Made by a program: the position numbers and the translations under genes
In this document: positions 26,931-40,437 of the stretch, piece by piece
Position numbering within the stretch: position 1 is the first letter of the stretch
Layout of the letters: each line of letters starts with the position of its first letter
NCBI GenBank assembly: GCA_030141605.1
Contig: JAQGDQ010000145.1
Span: forward strand, 310,001 to 374,000
Reading direction: 5' to 3'
Source: Tubiluchus corallicola
Lineage: Eukaryota; Animalia; Priapulida
Length of the DNA stretch: 64,000 bases
The notes under the pieces: generated by a model
Seen by the model: only the letters and a program-made list of their open reading frames with translations
What the model was told of the DNA's origin: nothing
Database searches by the model: none

Positions 26931-28271
26931 ATGGAGGTGACTAATATTATACTCCAGCTGGTGAGCTGTGGTTCAGCACTTCTTCTTCTGTGTATTTTGT
27001 TCCTAGCTTTGACTGGCACCACAATTGGTGTTCGCAGACGCTACATCAAGGTCCTACTGTGGATATTTGACTATGGCAGATATCGGATACAGACAGCAGA
27101 ACGTCATCGCCTTGAGAAAGAATGTGACACACATGATCTTTCTGAACAAAATGACGGAGTGCGTGTCATCGAAAGAGCAGAAAAGTTGTCCATGGAAAAA
27201 GACGACGTTTTCAGGAGTCGGACCGCTTCTGCGTTGAAGAGAGAATTTTCTCTTGCTGATTCAATGCGATTCTGCAAGGTTGGCATTGAGTCAATAATAG
27301 AAGATGAAGTGACTCAAAGGTTTGCAGCTGAAGAATTGTACTCGTGGAACCTGCTAACCAGAACTAATGCAAACTATCAGTATATCAGTTTTCGTCTTAC
27401 AGTTGTCTGGGTCCTTGGATTCTTTTTTCGTTATTTCATCTTGCTACCATTCAGAATTTGCATTATTTTGCTTGGAACTGTTTGGCTAGTAGCTGCTACA
27501 GCTTTGGTAGGATATCTACCAGACGGAGACTTGAAACGCAGGGCTAATGACATTGCTACTAAAAGTGGTTTCAGGATACTAGCGCGGTCTGTTTCTGCTA
27601 TTATTACTTACAATGACGCATACAATGCTGCTAAAAATGGAGGTATCTGTGTAGCCAATCACACGTCGCCAATAGATGTCGTTCTTTTATCTTGCAGTCA
27701 TTCTTACGCTCTGATTGGTCAAAGTCAGGGTGGTTTCCTTGGTGTGCTGCAACGTGCAATGTATCGGGCATCAAATTCTCACATCTGGTTTGAAAGATCT
27801 GAAGTGAATGACAGACACGCTGTTGCTCAGAGATTAAAACGCAATGTAGGAGATACTACAAAACTTCCAATTCTGATCTTTCCCGAAGGCACATGTGTTA
27901 ATAATACTTCAGTGATGATGTTCAAAAAAGGCAGTTTCGAAACTGGTGCAACAATATTTCCCGTAGCAATTAAGTATGACCCTAGATTTGGCGATCCCTT
28001 CTGGAATAGTTCTAAGATGGGATTTATACCTTACATGATTATGATGATGACAAGCTGGGCCATTGTGTGTGATGTTTGGTTTCTGCCTCCAATGTCACAG
28101 CGACCTGGTGAGACCTCCGTGGACTTTGCAAGTCGAGTGAAGGGTGCCATTGCACGAAAAGGAGGCCTAGTTGACTTAGAGTGGGATGGCCAACTGAAAA
28201 GGATGAAAGTGAAAGAGACCTGGAAGGCAGAGCAGCAGCACAGATACAGCAGGATATTGAAAGTCGAATAA
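26931..28271 (+). CDS. GPAT3: Glycerol-3-phosphate acyltransferase 3/4 (microsomal GPAT, AGPAT9/AGPAT6 family), single coding exon
   Basis: 446-aa ORF with an N-terminal hydrophobic segment, WNLLTRTN, acyltransferase blocks NHTSPID (HxxxxD), WFERSE, LIFPEGTC and FPVAIKYDPRFGD, and C-terminal GGLVDLEWDGQLKR. Probable 5'UTR acceptor ttttttcag ending at 26781. GPAT3 versus GPAT4 cannot be resolved; likely a co-ortholog. Confidence 0.95.
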   Translation: MEVTNIILQLVSCGSALLLLCILFLALTGTTIGVRRRYIKVLLWIFDYGRYRIQTAERHRLEKECDTHDLSEQNDGVRVIERAEKLSMEKDDVFRSRTASALKREFSLADSMRFCKVGIESIIEDEVTQRFAAEELYSWNLLTRTNANYQYISFRLTVVWVLGFFFRYFILLPFRICIILLGTVWLVAATALVGYLPDGDLKRRANDIATKSGFRILARSVSAIITYNDAYNAAKNGGICVANHTSPIDVVLLSCSHSYALIGQSQGGFLGVLQRAMYRASNSHIWFERSEVNDRHAVAQRLKRNVGDTTKLPILIFPEGTCVNNTSVMMFKKGSFETGATIFPVAIKYDPRFGDPFWNSSKMGFIPYMIMMMTSWAIVCDVWFLPPMSQRPGETSVDFASRVKGAIARKGGLVDLEWDGQLKRMKVKETWKAEQQHRYSRILKVE

Positions 28272-29149
28272 AATCAAAAGAGAGACCATTAGTGATCTCT
28301 GTAAAAAGGCTTCACCAGCATTAGTTTTTACGTGCCGATTATTTACCTAAAAACTTTTTTCTATGACAGTAACATGGAAGTTCATCAATACATAACTTTA
28401 GTTAGTTTAAACACCCATAGTATTTGCCGTTATCGTATTGTAAGTTTCCTGCACAATTTCAAAAAATTCTGTACAATTGTTTTTTATGTGGACTATTGAC
28501 TATTTCGGATTATACAAAAGCTGAAATATTTATCGACAAAGCGAAAAGCCCTTATCTGTGTATCGTCTTGGTAGTTAAACAATTATTTTAGTCGTTTAGA
28601 TACCAATACAGATGGGATATATATATATATATAAGCATAGATAGGTATAATCATTCTACACCACAGAATTATTTATTTATTCATAAGCTAGACATAGGTG
28701 AATTAAAAAAAATAGAATCTTATTTCATGACGGCAATCTGTATTTAATTGTTTGCAGTTTTGCAGCTATTTCTTGTTCGTATCGTGCAAATTTAATTATA
28801 AACAGTATACACAGAATTATTTGAAAGTTTCATTGTGTTAAGTGTTAAACGTCTTTTTTATATTAAAAGAGACGGTTTTTGTTACATTAAGCAAAAACAT
28901 ACGACATTTTTATTGTCTACACGCAGGCTAAGCTCGTATAAATTGTTTTTTAGACGATTAGGTTGTGCGTATGCAAATTTTTGATACACAACTAATATTA
29001 CTAAAATGCATAATTTTATTACATTGCTTGTATTTATGTGGCAATAGTTTTCGAACAGAGCAGCTAAATGAAATACTAGTCTTCAACTGTAGTAACTATT
29101 ATGATTCATGCAGATAAAGGCTTATAAAGGCGTGGTACGTGTAGGTATT

Positions 29150-29450
29150 TAAGAAACAAAGAAAGAATAAAGGTAGAAACCAAGAAAGAAAGAAAAAAGA
29201 GAAAAGAAATAAAGGTAGAAACCAAGAAAGAAAGAAAAAAGAAAAAAGAAAGAAAGAAGAAAGGAAAGAAGGAAGAACAAAAAGAGACACAGAGAAAGAA
29301 AAAAAATGAAGAGAAAGAACGAGAGAGAGTGCAAGTAGGAAAAAAGAGACAGAAAGAAAGAAAAGAAGAAAGATAGAAGAAGAAGAGAAAAAGACAGAGA
29401 GAGAGAAGAAAGAAAAAAGAAAGTAACAAAAAAGAAGAAAACAAAAATTT
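29150..29450. repeat. A/G-rich low-complexity (AAAG)n-like polypurine tract
   Basis: About 300 bp almost entirely A/G on the + strand, including a duplicated AATAAAGGTAGAAACCAAGAAAGAAAGAAAAAAGA segment. Confidence 0.9.
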
Positions 29451-29467
29451 GCAAATAAGAATTAATT

Positions 29468-29786
29468 GCAAATAAGAAACGAATTGTTGACCACAGAGTA
29501 ACAATTTTGCAAATAAGAAGCGAATTGTTGACCACAGAGTAACAATTTTGCAATTAAGAAACGAATTGTTGACCACAGAGTAATAATTTGCAAATAAGAA
29601 ACGAATTGTTGACCACAGAGTAACAATTTTGCAAATAAGAAACGAATTGTTGACCACAGAGTAACAGTTTTGCAAATAAGAAACGAATTGTTGACCACAG
29701 AGTAACAATTTTGCAAATAAGAAACGAATTGTTGACCACAGAGTAACAATTTTGCAAATAAGAAACGAATTGTTGATGACAGAGTT
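29468..29786. repeat. 41-bp minisatellite, about 8 copies
   Basis: Unit GCAAATAAGAAACGAATTGTTGACCACAGAGTAACAATTTT starting at 29468, 29509, 29550, 29590, 29631, 29672, 29713 and 29754; no spacers. Confidence 0.95.
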
Positions 29787-30973
29787 GCCTAATTACAAAG
29801 CAAAGAAAAAACGTTACCGCTAAGGCATTTGCATATTTTCTCTACTAACCTAGTAAACCTGCATAAAAACTTCCGCATAGGCGTAAAGTTTTTAAAATAT
29901 CTCAAAGTAAGTGCGACTATTAAAGTCGGTTGTTTGACACCTTAATGATTCATCACTAGTGCCTCATCAATTTACCTCAAACTTCAACTAGCGAGTGTTT
30001 TGTGTCTTTGTCACAAAGTTTCAAGTTCACAACATAATGGCAAACCATCTACAGGTAGTAATGGTTGAAAATGCACATTAAACATCACCGCCTCGAGCAA
30101 AAGAGAATTAAGATCGACTACAAAATCTATTAAGACATTTTCTTTCAAGGTAAAAAATATTGTTTTAGGAATCGTATGCGATATCAAACGCTGTGTTTGT
30201 TCACATTAGGAGCGCTTACAATTACACTTACAATCATACCTAATTAAGAACTTCTTTAGTAGTGCTACGCTGGTTGAAATGCCAATTTAGTGGTTTATCT
30301 TGTGCTACAGCCTCATGTAAGGATATCAAAACTGCGAACAAATGAATTGCGAATAAATACAATGCCGCTTTTTTTGTTAGCAGGTCTAATGTTAAAAATT
30401 TTAAAATAAACATTACAGAAAACGAAATTCTCAAAGAAAATATTTGAAGTAAATACGAGGGGAAGCTTCCGCCTTACGCCAGGCGTAAATCTATTTTAAA
30501 TGACACTTTTGAAGGTAAAATGCGAATTTTGAGTTTTTTAAGTGCACACAGGGACTCAGAGCCTTTCGATTCTGTTAGAAAAGGTCTGCTCAGGTGGTGT
30601 TGTGAACGACCGAAAATCATGAATAATACATTTAATTTGTAATTAGATTAATAACCTGTGAAATCACTATTACTGCAGTAGCTATGGCTTCTATCTATCT
30701 GTTACCTATTCTATAAATGTGCTTAGCCCAATAGTGAACGGTTTGCTCTAGTTCTGCTACATTTTCTGTTCTAGTAGTTGACTGGTTATAAGACGTTATT
30801 TGCAGACATTTTTTCGCTTATTTTTGTGATCTTCTATATCAGTAAAAGTAAAAAGTGTATTGTACTGTTACACATTTTGTCACTACGACATGTGGCTGAA
30901 TCGCATACCTAGTAGTAAAATAGTATGCAAAATATAGTAAGTTATTTTGCATAATATATACTAGAATCTATAA

Positions 30974-31124
30974 TGACTAAAGTGTATAATTCCCCATACA
31001 CAAGAAATTTGTTCGTGAAGCGCATTAGGATTATAGTTAGGGTTAGGGTAGGGTACGTTAGGGTTAATGTTAGGGCTAGGATTAGGGTTAGGGTATTTAA
31101 ATTGTGTGGGGAATTGTAAAGTCA
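30974..31124. mobile_element. Small (~150 bp) TIR element with internal degenerate (TTAGGG)n
   Basis: Left end TGACTAAAGTGTATAATTCCCCATACACAA and right end TTGTGTGGGGAATTGTAAAGTCA are imperfect inverted repeats enclosing TTAGGG variants. A second partial copy lies at 5658-5745. Confidence 0.65.
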
Positions 31125-33698
31125 TTCTTCTGTAATTATTTGACATTAAATTTTATAACAACAAGATGAGTCCGTAGAAAGTATATTTTTCGTAGAACTT
31201 TATGCAGAAAACTAGCCCGATATGTGAAGCACATTGGGTTATTCGCTTGCCGCATATGGGAACTTTTGTGACTATTTAGAAATCATATTGTTTTTCTCAC
31301 AACGAAAGAATGGCACAGTTTTGTATTACATGATTAAGAACGAGAACGAACGCAAGACCGGCATCACGGCCATAACTTCGCTAGCGATTAACCCAAAAAT
31401 GATAACTCGTTAATTACGGCTAGCTAATGTTATAAAGCAGATAATATTTCAATGATAAACTCAGTGAAAGCCTGCACGGGACGATATTTTAAAAACAAAC
31501 TTTGCTTTTCAGTTATAGCAGGCGAAAACCGAGCAACAAATTTTCAATCAACGCTTTTCTGAAAGCTTTGCAAAGATGAGGCTGTTTGGTAAATGGAATG
31601 GTGATCCGGTGACCGCAGGGAATTTCGTTTGACGGGGACAGTATGGGAGATGAAGCTGTCAAAAGCAGTCATGTATATATCTGGACGTGGCTGCACCGTC
31701 TCTGCTGGTTCAGTGTCTCATTAAAGATAATCATAGATTATTAGTTACATTTGGGCCCTGCCACAAAAACACCTATACAATTCTGTCAAGCAACATTATA
31801 AATAACAGCCGTGTTGCCTCAGTCTCAGCCATGATTTGCCCTAGTTCATGGAGTCGTCCTAGCAATCTTTGTCAAAAGAACACAAGTATCCAACACGAGC
31901 TACCTGAGTTTGAAAGCACAAAACCGCGAAATGTCTCGTACCCAGCAACGCGGATTTTTATTTTACCTAAATGAAATTCTGGTTACTTCTTCATGATGGC
32001 AAACTTAGGATTATTAATGCGGATTTCTGTTTTTCTGTTCTGCAGAAATTTTACTTAGCAGTATTAGTATCAGCCTGTGAGGGTTTGCTGCACATTTGGA
32101 TGCTAGTGCTAGAATCCTCTGCTCAATGATTCCCCACCTTTTTCGTAGAAGGTAGAGGAACGTTGTCTTTGGGGTGACTGTATTTTACCGCCATCGTGTG
32201 GTAACACTAACAACCAATTTTATGATCTCATAGTCTTACATTTTCGGTTATTAATGTTTCGTATATATACTTTTAGGTTTTGAACTAAGATTATTAAAGC
32301 TTCGTCAGTAATTACAAAAATGAAATCACGAATCAAACAAAACGAACTAATCCGTGCCGAACGCTAATGTTTTATTACTGCTTTATTACTGAATTGAAGC
32401 AAAGTGAACTACTCAAATTAAAAATGGTTAAGTGTTTCATATTAATTTTAATTTTAGCAACTCTTTTTCGCTAAGACCGAGCTGATTCTCTTTATTAAAA
32501 ACGTCGTTTTTTGCAGAAACTTTCGTAGGCCTGTCTGTCTGTGGCCAGATGTTTTGTCAGATGAAAAATAATGTTCTCAGCTATTTTACGATTAATACAC
32601 ATTACATATAAATGCATCAGTGAAGTAAACATAATTAAAACAGAGTTTAAAATAATTATGAAAATGAACATGTGTCGAAGTTTTAAAGCTTTTGGTTGTC
32701 TTGTTTAAAATTGCTGTTTCATTTGCTGAAATGTAAAAATTTGTTTACAGGCAATTCTGGACGAAACAGCTAGATAAGTAAAACACATTTGTTAGAAGCG
32801 CAATTTAAAATCACTAGAAATTAAAATTCGTACTAAAACTTATTGAAAACTTCACACTGATTATTAAATAACTGACTATTTGACTAACCGACCGACCTAC
32901 TATTTGTGTGTCTGATTGACTAATAAACTGATTTATTGAAACTGATAACAATAAGAAACAGCAGTGAACGAGTTACATGATTACATGGAGCATTACATGA
33001 TTACGCAGGATGATGGAAACGGCACCTAAACTTAGTTCACAATAATCATCGTGGTTCATTGATGATTCGATTGCAAGACCTACAGACGCCATTGGTCTCT
33101 CCTGTACCTTTCCCCAAAAAACAACAAAAATAGATTACAAAGATGTTAACTTTAAATTAAAGATTGTTCATTTACCCAATTTATTCATCGAAATTATTCA
33201 TACATCGATAAAAATTGTCTAAATTTAAATTTGCTAACTTAGCGTTATGACATGCAGAATAATCTGAACCGAGGCTTAGGCTTGGTCGGAGACTGTATAT
33301 AGTGAAACTATAAACTCGTTTGTGACATCGCCATTCCGTTTTGGATCATAAGTTTTGACTTTGCGCACGCAAGTGGTGCGCGGCGAAGGAATAACTTGGT
33401 TATCTAGGCCTAGCAGTAAGGCTCTGTCAAAATTCACAGGCGCGAGAATTTATACGTGTTCTTAAGTAATTTAAGTTTAGTGTAAGGCTAGTTATGTTTT
33501 GCTGTATGGATATGTCGACTTAAACGTTTAGTTACAGTTAGTAATTAGAATTTATAGGACATTTAATCTATCGTGTAAACGTGGGGAGATTTTGGCCTAC
33601 GGGATATTGTTACACGGCTCTTGACGAGGCTTACGTTGTCTTTTAAATATTAAGCGTTGTTGCTACTAGGTGGCAGGCCGCCGACTCATTGAACGAAA

Positions 33699-36600
33699 AT
33701 GGCGGAAGCGAAGCAGAAATCGGGAGGATTCTTCACAAGATCTGTATCAAAAAAGGCTAGCAGAACAAAAGAAAAGGTAAGTGAAGGTTTATAAGCTGTA
33801 TAAATTCATTTTGTGAATGCTTTGAAATTTAATTTTTCATTTGCCCGAATTTAGGGGTAGCAATTATTGAGAACGCGCAATGACATTTTTTACCTGGCCA
33901 CTCCCACTACCTGCACTGGCTGCAGTTGTACAAGTCGTGAACTTGTGTTACAGTAGCTGTAACGTGTAGGATGAAAAGTTGGAGAATAGACTGCTATACT
34001 GTTATCAGCTTTAGTAGTTAGCGCTGTAATTACTGCAGAGTAGTTGCAGTCGGCTTACAACCCTATGACTATGAGAAAATTCAGAATAATTCTTAACCTT
34101 GCCTTGCTCCATTAATAATTTTTATAATTATTAACTTTGTTTTACTCCGGTTCGTGTTTTGGCTGTATCAAACTTCGTACAGAGATTCTTAAGTGTGTTG
34201 TAAACTTTGCACATTTTTATTTTCGTTTTGCTAAAATTTTTTGGCAAAATTTAATGAAAATTTTGCTGTTTAGTTGGCAGTGCTGTTAACTCAGAAACGT
34301 GATTTGTCTGTCTTTTGGGTATCTTATGCTCAAATATCCCAAGTACCTTGCCATTAAATTTTACTAAGTAATTATAATTATAAAATATTATTAAGATTCT
34401 AAATAGGTCTTATTTTATAAAAATACAAGCTACCAGTCTGCAATGTATCATTTTGTAATTGTGAGGTAAAGAACTACATGCTAGCTGTAAGTTTCACAGT
34501 TTTTTGGTGTCTAAGGGGAGTACAAGAAAAGATGCGCACAGTAATATAGCAATCACTTGTATAGTTTTAAGATGCCCATTTTTTATTATCACACATGTAA
34601 GATGTTGACTCACTTAACTACATCTAGAATGTGTAGACAAAATATTTTGCAAGCAATATTACATAATTTTTCCATTGCAATGATAAAGCCTGAGTTAATA
34701 GGTTCTGTGCACTTAATGCCTGCTGTAATACATGGAAGTCAAATGTCAGTGAGTAAGTTCTCAAGCCTTTCGCTAAAATGCACTATTTGTTTTCCATTAG
34801 GCAGAGTGAGATACTTGAACTTAAAGAACAAACTTAACTTGAATTAATGAATGACTGCTTGTGATTTTTTTTCGAAGTTTTACTATAAATTGTGACAGTA
34901 CTTGAACATACTTGAACAATATTCAAGTTGAATTTGAATAAAGTTAAAAAAATACAAAGTTCATGTTAATGGTTAAAAAGGGTACAGTATCAAGAATCAA
35001 AAATAGGTTGATGACTTGAATTCAGCTTTTCATAACATTCTGGCCTCTACATAGGCAAAACAAAACAAATTATTGAAATTACAGGAGAAACATTATAAAT
35101 TGTTTCAGATTATTGTTTTAGTATCATAGACTTCTAATTTGGGCAGTTAATCAGTAGAGCGTAATCACGTAAATCAGTCTCTTTTTGAATTGATCTCCAT
35201 CTTAAATAAGCATTTTTTACTTGTAGCATGTGCATTGTGCATATAGTATATAAAAATGCAGTATTATAAATAAACAGCATCGAAACTCGTTATTCAGATT
35301 TGTGTTTTTAAATATTGCTGTAACATATAAATGCTTTATTGTTGTACTCATTTGAACTACAAGTGCTACTAGGCGAAGCAACTATGTGCAAAATGCAGTA
35401 GGGCTGCATTTAATTTAATAAAGTTCTGTATACTCCACCATTGTAAATTGCAAATTCTGCTCTGGTGATTTATACCTTAGAGAGTCAGAATTATCAGCAA
35501 TTTCAGCTTTTTTTGGTTTTTGTAATCCCGGTCTCTTATTAGGATTCATGGCTCATGTAATGAGTATTTCTTGGGCTTGGAATACCATTTAAGAGGGGAT
35601 TACTGTTTGCTAGACATGCTACGAAGTTTTCCTGTTCCCTTTGCCTGCTTATCAAAGTAGAACTGGAGCAAAATATTGTGAGATCTTGAACTTGAAAAAA
35701 CATTTTATGAAGCTCTCCCGTATTAATTTTAACTGTCTTGCTTATTGTTGTGTATCTTTTATTGTTTTGTGTAATTAATTTTATTGTACACATATGGACA
35801 TAGGATAAATAAGTAAATAAATAAGCTTTAGTAAGGATTTTATACTAGATCACTAAGTGCAGTGAGAGCATAATATTTTTATTTTTTATTTTTGCCCACC
35901 AAACTATTTTTATGTTACTGAAATATCTATTCGTATGAATTCATTTTTTATTTAAACTGTAGTTCACTAATAAATGTCTGTTCAAGTAATTACTAATAAA
36001 CTAATTTTTTGTTTAATTTTTTTCCAAAAAGATGCAGTTTAACTGCTTTTGAGACGATTTGTTTCATGAATTCTCACTAACGGTTTAAGACATAACTTCC
36101 AGTCCTATTTCCCCATGCTGAGGTCAAGCTAGAGATTATGAATGGTATTTTTTCACTTGGCCAAGAGCTGTCGATACTACTAAGATAGCATTCTTCTTGT
36201 CAAAAACGTTGCCCCACATGCTCAGCCAAGAGAACAAAGTTAATTTGAGGCTGATCCATGGGGTGACTGCTTCAATAACACTTTTTTTAAAAATTGAAAA
36301 ACTAGAACTACATTGAGCTAAGATATTTCCTTTTGAAACATTCAGGCATGTACGTTTATTATCAGCCAATATCAAAAACTATAATTATAAATAATTCCTA
36401 GTACAAAAATTACCTCTGTAGTTTTTAACCAGAGATTGTTGTTTATTTTATTTTTTGTGACTGGTCAAGCCTTTGAGCTGCATTGTAACTGTTTAAACAA
36501 GACCAATAAACTTTGTTGGTTCCCTTGTTTGGTTAACAAAGATAATTTTTTTTGTTTTTATAAGACCTGTTCGTTTGACCTCAAAGAGGTAGTAAGCTGG

Positions 36601-39600
36601 ATTAAGGATTTGTTTTTAAAAGCGTCTTGAGTTATATCAGGTTTTCTGGTTCTGTTTCATCTAGAACTCGTGTTAATAACCTTCTGTAACACAGAAAAAT
36701 GAATTATCAGAATTTTATAGCCTCATCTATTGTATTTAATAACATTTATAATTTATTCTTCAATCATAAAAAATGTGTAGTTCAATAATAAGAGATACAA
36801 GGACTTAGGCTTCGGATCAAATATAAATTGTGTTTTGAACAAGGTTCTTTTACAGTTATTCCTTTCCCAAGAATGTGATAAATCCTTTGCACATAAGGAT
36901 CGTGCCTAGCCTTTAGCAGTTACTAGGCAGTATCGATTTTGACTTTGTGGAAATTATTGATATCATTATTAGTTTGCTGATATGGATATGCTGTAATTGT
37001 AACATATAGGTGTCATATTTGGAGAGCTTAGATGAAAAGCTAATTTTCTAACTTGTGTTTTTGTCTGACTTATAGTTTCTACTTTTTTGTTTAGCGTTTT
37101 TTTGGATGTTGAAAATTCTCATTATCAAAATTTTCTAAAAGAAAGTTAGATCAGCGATTGGACCACTACAATTAATTTAGCTGACCAAGGGGTTTTTGTG
37201 TTATGATAAAGATCAAGTGGGGTAACAAATTATCCCCATGAAAGTTTAGCTTAATATGTATTACCAACTGGATAGAATGACCAACTGGCAAGCGACATGT
37301 TCCTGGTAGTACAAAGCCAAGTTCTGGGGCAAATTGGCATTGATGTGCCAGGGCACAAAAAATAAAAGTTTGCGATCCACCATTGCACTATATCGTTTAT
37401 GCGTGGTTTATCAAGTATTGTGACAATTTTTCTACTAGGTTAATGATGTTCACTGTTTAATTCTGAGTTATCCACTTCGTTTTCACTTTGTTGGATGTTC
37501 TAAAATTTCATCTTCATTAGCTTCAAGCTTAGCCACCCGTAACAAAAGTTCTGTGCCAGTTCAATTGTTACTAAATGAAGAATGCCCACAAAATATGAAA
37601 TTTCCCTAGAGATTGTGAGAAAATCAGTTTGCAGGCCTGCAGTTGGAGGTTTTCAACAATTCTCTGTTGTCTGAGTAGACGTATCATGCTGCCAGAAACA
37701 AAAGCAGTTTAAGCTCCAAAATCTTGCCTTCATAAAAGATCAAGAGGGGTAATAAGTTACCCCATACCAAGTAGTATCTGGCACTCGTGCTTTGTAAAAA
37801 AGCATGAATGATAGTTTTCAATAAAACCGAGCCGTGGAAGCATAGCAAATTGAAAAACATTTAACCACTACCAGTTTGAGAATTTTTCGTTGTATACATC
37901 AATAAAAAATGTCACTGGGATAATTTTTTACCCCACCCTGGTGTGCTAAGGGTTAATAAAGTGATATAGTCCTGATATGTTGTTTTATTAAAATGCTATG
38001 ATGAATATCTATTAGTGATATTTTTAATTTTGTAATGATGTATAAGTGAGCTATGTACGGTAATCTATACTTTATTCTAGTATCTTTATTTTCTAAATAG
38101 CCCTTACTTTTGAGATCTGTCAAAATTTACAGCTCTGTATTTTTCGTACCTTGGCATAAAAAGTTTGTACAGGTTATAGCCATTCTTTGCTTGAACAAAT
38201 TTGCTTTTTTGGGACAGAATTTAGAAAACTCTTCCTGTAAAGCTTACTGTGTTAGTATTTAGTGAAAAATCCAGTCGAAATTTTCAAATTTTTTAATATT
38301 TATTATTTTATTATTTCACGTTTATTTCTATACATAAAAAGTACCATATATAAATTTTATTGTTTTGTGACGCCTGTAATTCTTTTTGTACTCTCAGTTA
38401 GGCTCAGGTTTTATGATTTGTGACCTACATTGTGGAATTCCAGAAATCTTTCCTTTGTATTTGATTTAGCCACTAATCAACTCCGGTAAAATTCAAAACT
38501 AATTTGCCCTATCGACTGTGCGTATTTTCAATTAAGTTACCCTTACATCAGCCTTACTGAAGTCGCTGACCGAAACTTGACAAATTGATTCTATGTGAAT
38601 TCATAATTTTTACCAATGTTTCTGTAAACATTTTTATTTATACAGTGAGCATGGTCCAGTGAAACTATTCAATTTACTTCACGTTTAGTGCCAAACCTTT
38701 ACTTGTTTTTGTGCAGGTTACATAATGATTTAAATTGCAACTGGAAAATCGTGGTTCTCGTAAAATTTTATGTTGAATGGCCCTAGATTCTTATGTTGAA
38801 TGTCTTCAGATCTTGATTATAGTTGTACTTGGTGATGTAACTGAGTGCTTGTCAGCAATAATTATTTACTATTCTTATTATGTTTATTATAAACTGCATC
38901 CAAACATGGAACTAATCTAATGACTGTGCTGAATTTTTTCGTCTAGTTTGCAATTTTTTTATGGATTTTAGTGTTTGGGAGCTACGAGCTACGATGCACA
39001 TAAAAATATTTGTCGAAACACAAGTTTCGATTCTCAGATGTAGAGTTTGCTGATTACTGTTTGTATTAAAACATGTAACAGTACACCAAAGTGCAATATT
39101 TACTTTATTTGCTCTTCCATAAAACACAAATTCAGACTCTATAGATCTTTCTCCTGATGCTGCTCAGAAAAATCCTTCAAAAGAGTGTTAAAGACAGAAC
39201 AATGCTTTTTTAGCATCTTACATAGTCAGATTGCACCATTTTTCATGATAAACAAATTCTTCAAAGGTGGGCAAACTGAATTCAACAGTTCTTTATGAAG
39301 AAAGCAGGTGACTGCATTAGACAAAAATAATCAACAGTATCGTTTGGTTTAATCTGGAAACCACAAAAAGCAAAAAAATAAAAAATAATAATTTTGCTAT
39401 TTCTGTACAGTGAGTTTGATAACTTCATGCAATAATGAGTAATTGTGTAATAAAAGATTACTTAATAAACACTGATTGCTTTTGCTTTCCTGTTAAATAT
39501 GACCTACTTCCTGTTGTCATAAAAACTGACTTTCGCCAGAGTTATTGTAAATGACAAACCTGTTAGGAGCAGTTAGGCACAATTAGAGAACTTGTTGATT

Positions 39601-40402
39601 CAACAATGGTAGTAAATTAATGTGTAAATAATAATCGTTTTAAAACAAATTGCAGAATAAGTGTTCGAAGTTAAAATTAAATGAAAGTGCTTTAGAAATA
39701 ATAATAGTTGTTAATAACCCGTTGTTCTTTTGCAAAGCGACTGTGATAGAAAAATAATACAAAGTTTGTATTTTTTGTTATGAATGTATGATTTTACACA
39801 CCTGTAAGATAAAATTTTGTGAAAATATTTGTAGAATGGTATTTTATTCATTAATGTAATTCATATTTAGTCTCAAGTTTCATCTAATGGGTTTCGTCAC
39901 ACTTTGGAATAGGCATAGAGGTTGCTTACCAACCGAAATTGAGCAAAGCTCGGCCTAGTCAAAAAACAGATGAGTGACAATGATTTTTTATGATACACTT
40001 TCTATTTACTAGGGGTGAGCAATTCTTTATCAGAAAGCGAGTTTGAATCGAATTTTTGAGTTTCGAAGTCAAATGAAACCAAATTTCAAGATTCTGAATT
40101 CATTTTTAAAGGTTTTCGAATCACAAAGAAAAAGCAGTCTTGCAAAGATCATGCGCATTTTGTGCTGCGGTAAAAACATTAAACAATTGTGCACAGAAAT
40201 TGAGGTAAATTGTGCTGATTGCATTCTGTTTCAAATATTTTAATGACAAAGAACATGATGTTGTTGACGGTACGTAGTTGAGGTAGTGAATTATTCGAAT
40301 TAATAATTTTAGCTTCGAACTTTATTCGAATTAAAAAACTCATTCAGATCGAATTTAATTGTTCAAACTCGAACATTTGATGCTATCGACCTTGGTGGAG
40401 GA

Positions 40403-40437
<35 letters not shown>

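Noticed and set aside
29099-29757. Phe/Leu-rich and LLLCGQQFVSYLQ repeat ORFs on the - strand
   Set aside because: Translations of the polypurine tract and the 41-bp minisatellite.
29468-29786. 41-bp repeats as a CRISPR array
   Set aside because: Units are head-to-tail with no unique spacers, there are no cas genes, and the context is eukaryotic.
31020-31095. True telomere or chromosome-fusion relic
   Set aside because: The array is short, degenerate and enclosed by inverted repeats shared with another copy; a mobile element explains it better.
33394-33410. miR-9-like 12-mer TTGGTTATCTAG (and miR-79-like ATAAAGCTAG near 10108)
   Set aside because: The seed is imperfect or the match is short, and no complementary arm forms a pre-miRNA hairpin.
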